From an uncultured virus (IMG/VR IMGVR_UViG_3300002068_000001) (Duplodnaviria > Heunggongvirae > Uroviricota > Caudoviricetes > Crassvirales), in IMG/VR virus record IMGVR_UViG_3300002068_000001: a stretch of 30,330 nucleotides of DNA, one strand, 5' to 3'. The notes under the pieces were generated by a model that was not told where the DNA came from, ran no database searches, and saw only the letters and a list, made by a program, of their open reading frames with translations. The translations under genes and the position numbers were made by a program. The first letter of the stretch is position 1, and the number at the start of each line of letters is the position of its first letter. Of the stretch, positions 27,521 to 30,330 are shown piece by piece.

Positions 27521-28002
27521 TACAGTAACGGTTTAGCAATCTCTAAGAGATCTTTGAAATTGGTGAAGAATTGGTCACGGAGAGATAAGGATTTGAATTG
27601 CATTACTCTGGGAAAATATCCAGAATCTTTATTAAGTGTATTATCTGATACACAAATAAAATGCGTAGGATCACATAATTGTCTAACCCATCCATCATTA
27701 TACACATCTCTTAATTGACAGAGTTGTGCAAGAGCAATAGATGCTTCTGCTAATTCACGAGTGGGCCAAACATCCGCTATAAATTCTAAGGATGATATAT
27801 TTTCATCTCTAACTTCACTTGTTTGTCCCGTCATAGAATCAATATAGTAACCGGTAATGGTTTTAAGATCTTCCCATCTTTTAGGTAAAATAGGAGTAAG
27901 GGATTTAAATACAATTCTTTCAAATGTTGAATTGGCTTTGTCAATTTCATATCCACTAGGGATATCAATAGTGATTGATTTTGATTTGTCTGATTGTGAC
28001 AT
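27520..28002 (-). CDS. Hypothetical phage protein
   Basis: IPSGYEIDK..STFE.IVFK, LPKRWE, ALAQLCQLRDVYNDGW pattern. Confidence 0.75.
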   Translation of the reverse strand: MSQSDKSKSITIDIPSGYEIDKANSTFERIVFKSLTPILPKRWEDLKTITGYYIDSMTGQTSEVRDENISSLEFIADVWPTRELAEASIALAQLCQLRDVYNDGWVRQLCDPTHFICVSDNTLNKDSGYFPRVMQFKSLSLRDQFFTNFKDLLEIAKPLL

Positions 28003-28196
28003 AGGATCTAATGTATTAAATAAATCTAATAGAATAAAAAGAAATAAACATTAAAGTTTTAATACCTACATAGCTTTACACTCTTGCTTCTAATATCCGT
28101 AACAGACTAGAATAAGAGATTTCTCATGCAATAATATTAAAATGTTCGTGTAGTCACATGGTTACTCGTGTTTTGCACTATTAATGATTTAAAAGA

Positions 28197-28381
28197 AATA
28201 AACATTTGATCTGACTTCTTATGTCTACCAGATTGTACAAGTTGACTGACTGAGATTACACGTAATCTATTGTAGCAAATGTTTATTAAAGGAATACAAT
28301 TTCTAATCTGACTACATACTTGATGTAATAGCTTTAACCAGATAGTACTGTTTAGTTCGCTACAGTAGTAGAAATTGTATT
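28197..28381 (-). ncRNA. Two tandem copies of a candidate three-way-junction RNA motif
   Basis: Copies 28197-28287 and 28293-28381, each closed by a different perfect 12-13 bp stem and sharing the junction C-UAC...GUA-C(A/U)-AUCUGGU...AGUCAGAU. Confidence 0.5.
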
Positions 28382-28383
28382 AT

Positions 28384-28893
28384 TTATTCTTCATAATCTT
28401 CCCAACTATCACAATAATATGTTTTATTAGGATCATGATAGTAATGTTTTAATGTAGAGAATAATATGATTAAATAAAGTATAATAAATACAATCATTGA
28501 ATTACCATTCCAATTTAAATCAATATTACTCAATCTTGTAGAAAGAATATAATTTGTGAATATGTTAATAATGTTTATACAAATATTTACAATGAATGTA
28601 ATTATATTTGGTAATATAAAAATACTCAATGCTATTATTTCACAAATTGATCTTTTTATATTAATTAATCTTTGTTTGAATGAGAATGAGAATAAGAAAG
28701 ATTGAATTAATGCCCAAAATATTATTATGTAATTGATTGTTTGAGTAGATAATAAAGTTAAAGTGCCTTTATCATTACAATTACAATAAAATGCGATTGA
28801 TTTTAAATCTATCAAATTGATGAAATATTTAAATAGAAATAAATCAATAATATACCCAATTAAGAAGTATATTAACCATTTAAGGAATTTCAT
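28384..28893 (-). CDS. Multi-pass membrane protein
   Basis: About four hydrophobic I/F/L-rich segments; very AT-rich. Confidence 0.55.
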   Translation of the reverse strand: MKFLKWLIYFLIGYIIDLFLFKYFINLIDLKSIAFYCNCNDKGTLTLLSTQTINYIIIFWALIQSFLFSFSFKQRLINIKRSICEIIALSIFILPNIITFIVNICINIINIFTNYILSTRLSNIDLNWNGNSMIVFIILYLIILFSTLKHYYHDPNKTYYCDSWEDYEE

Positions 28894-28894
28894 G

Positions 28895-29038
28895 TTAAAT
28901 TGTTTTAAGGAATTTAACAGCTTTTTGAATTAACCAAATAATAACAACTGTTTTAACAATTGTTTTAACTGGTTTTGTTTCAAGATCCGTAATGAAATTA
29001 GTAGCAATAGCTTCTAGTTTTTCAATAATTTTGTCCAT
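28895..29038 (-). CDS. Small hypothetical protein (47 aa)
   Basis: MDKIIEKLEAIATNFITDLETKPVKTIVKTVVIIWLIQK...; stop 1 nt before the next ATG. Confidence 0.55.
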   Translation of the reverse strand: MDKIIEKLEAIATNFITDLETKPVKTIVKTVVIIWLIQKAVKFLKTI

Positions 29039-29123
29039 AATAAATTTATTTAAAGGATTTAGTAAATTATGAGAGTAATACTATTAGTGTTGAAAGAAAT
29101 AGTATTATTATATATTAAAGGAT

Positions 29124-29813
29124 TTATTGACCAACATCATTATCGTCATCAAAGAATCCTTTAAAAGTACATTTAGTACATGATTTGGTACACGTGTCTG
29201 TAACTACTAAAGGACTAGAACATATAGGGCAAACATTATGTTCAACACATCTTTCTACAGCCGTATATTTATCATGTTTTTGTTGCCATGATTTTTCAAC
29301 TTGATCACATTTTTTATGAGCAATTGTTAAATCATCTGGAATAGATTCTAATGATGTGAAAGAAGTATTTCTTGTATATTTAGGATGAAATAATTTCCTT
29401 TCCCAACAACCATCAATAATTATTTCTATACCAAATGCAGTACAAACAACCATAACTACTAGTATAAATATTATTATCCATACAATAGATTTCATTGAAC
29501 CACAAGAATGTTGTTCATTATTAATTCTATTTCTTATATGATTACATCTGTTGCAATTACATGTTGTATTAATAGGAGCAGTCTCTAATTGTTTTAAACT
29601 GTCCTGTAAAACATTTATTTTATCTTGAATAGTTTGTGAAGCGGGTACATTATGTCTTTTAGAAGCAGTTGAGAAATTCTCAATTGTTTTATATGTGACA
29701 TATGTATTTAATGGATTATGATAAGCTGAATTGGTTAGATCATTGAAATCATAGAATCCAGCATTACAAAAGGATGATATTGTTAGGAGCAATATTAATA
29801 AGAGTTTTTTCAT
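29124..29813 (-). CDS. Exported/membrane protein with Cys clusters
   Basis: Signal-peptide-like start, CNCNRC, internal TM helix, C-terminal CPIC...CTKC zinc-ribbon-like motif. Confidence 0.65.
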   Translation of the reverse strand: MKKLLLILLLTISSFCNAGFYDFNDLTNSAYHNPLNTYVTYKTIENFSTASKRHNVPASQTIQDKINVLQDSLKQLETAPINTTCNCNRCNHIRNRINNEQHSCGSMKSIVWIIIFILVVMVVCTAFGIEIIIDGCWERKLFHPKYTRNTSFTSLESIPDDLTIAHKKCDQVEKSWQQKHDKYTAVERCVEHNVCPICSSPLVVTDTCTKSCTKCTFKGFFDDDNDVGQ

Positions 29814-29851
29814 ACAATCTAATTATTAATTGGTTTGTTTAGTAAATATAA

Positions 29852-30001
29852 TTACAAATTACACATCAATGGATTGCCATTAATGTCATAAATGATAGAG
29901 TTTGGAGTCAATAAACACATATTTACTATGTATTCAGCAGTCATAGATACAGCTAATCTTGCATTAGTTGTGGCATTTTTGAGAATGTAAATAGGTGTCA
30001 T
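29852..30001 (-). CDS. Small hypothetical protein (49 aa)
   Basis: MTPIYILKNATTNARLAVS...; ATG ORF on the coding strand. Confidence 0.4.
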   Translation of the reverse strand: MTPIYILKNATTNARLAVSMTAEYIVNMCLLTPNSIIYDINGNPLMCNL

Positions 30002-30330
30002 TGTGTTAAATTTAGTTGTAAGAATCCGTTTATTTGGTAAAATGATATAGTTTTAATAGGGGTAATAATGTGGGGATGTGGTGAGTATCAACCACTTAGC
30101 TATCTAATCACACCATTAAACAATCAATTAGTTGTTAAAATATACATCATTAAAAATATACATTATTAAAAGTTAACTCTCTAATTATGAACAGGTTTGC
30201 TTCATTACATTAAACCAGTAAAGCAACTGTCGAGTACAGTTGCAATACTGATATAATTGTGAGGTGATTTATCCCAAAGCAAGTTTGGTGTTGTCTGCAG
30301 GAGCGTCGTGTTTGTTGTGAAGCAATACGA

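Noticed and set aside
704..28054. Short plus-strand and nested alternative-frame ORFs in the track (e.g. 704-886, 1545-1754, 2195-2380, 7382-7682, 7944-8397, 11115-11312, 13402-13584, 14131-14346, 14914-15123, 17201-17440, 19248-19436, 24094-24282, 26355-26558, 27857-28054)
   Set aside because: Shadows of longer, better-supported minus-strand genes.
28293..28381. Hammerhead ribozyme or c-di-GMP riboswitch identity for the three-way junction
   Set aside because: The conserved core nucleotides of those families are absent.
30135..30171. Two-copy ~17-bp tandem repeat (TTAAAATATACATCA...)
   Set aside because: Only two AT-rich copies; too weak to call an iteron or operator.
1..30330. Suppressor tRNA, other tRNA, or CRISPR array
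   Set aside because: No cloverleaf with a T-loop and no regularly spaced repeats seen by eye; tRNAscan-SE or ARAGORN would be needed to be sure.

Overview
AT-rich bacteriophage genome segment with essentially all genes on the minus strand, most consistent with a crAss-like (Crassvirales) phage of a Bacteroidota host (inferred from the gene set, A/T-rich Shine-Dalgarno-less translation starts and a TAnnTTTG promoter). In transcription order (right to left): (i) ~12.8-30.3 kb, an accessory region of small hypothetical genes with three paralog families, an HD-domain protein, a divergent cyclic-phosphate-processing receiver domain, a lipoprotein/membrane pair and several strongly folded intergenic segments; (ii) ~5.7-12.8 kb, a replication module (SF2 helicase, DnaB-type helicase, AAA_24/Sak4-like ATPase, putative SSB, primase); (iii) 1-5.4 kb, a phiEco32-type amidoligase cluster (gamma-glutamyl cyclotransferase, ATP-grasp ligase, class-I and class-II glutamine amidotransferases, COOH-NH2 ligase). 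Main highlight: dnaB is split by a 1,224-nt group I intron (8565-9788) whose P1 loop carries a 297-codon HTH-LAGLIDADG homing endonuclease, missed by the ORF track, with four in-frame TAG codons (probable TAG=Gln recoding) and its own Bacteroidota-type promoter, while no other credible gene in the window uses TAG as stop or sense. All calls are by eye; no database search was run.
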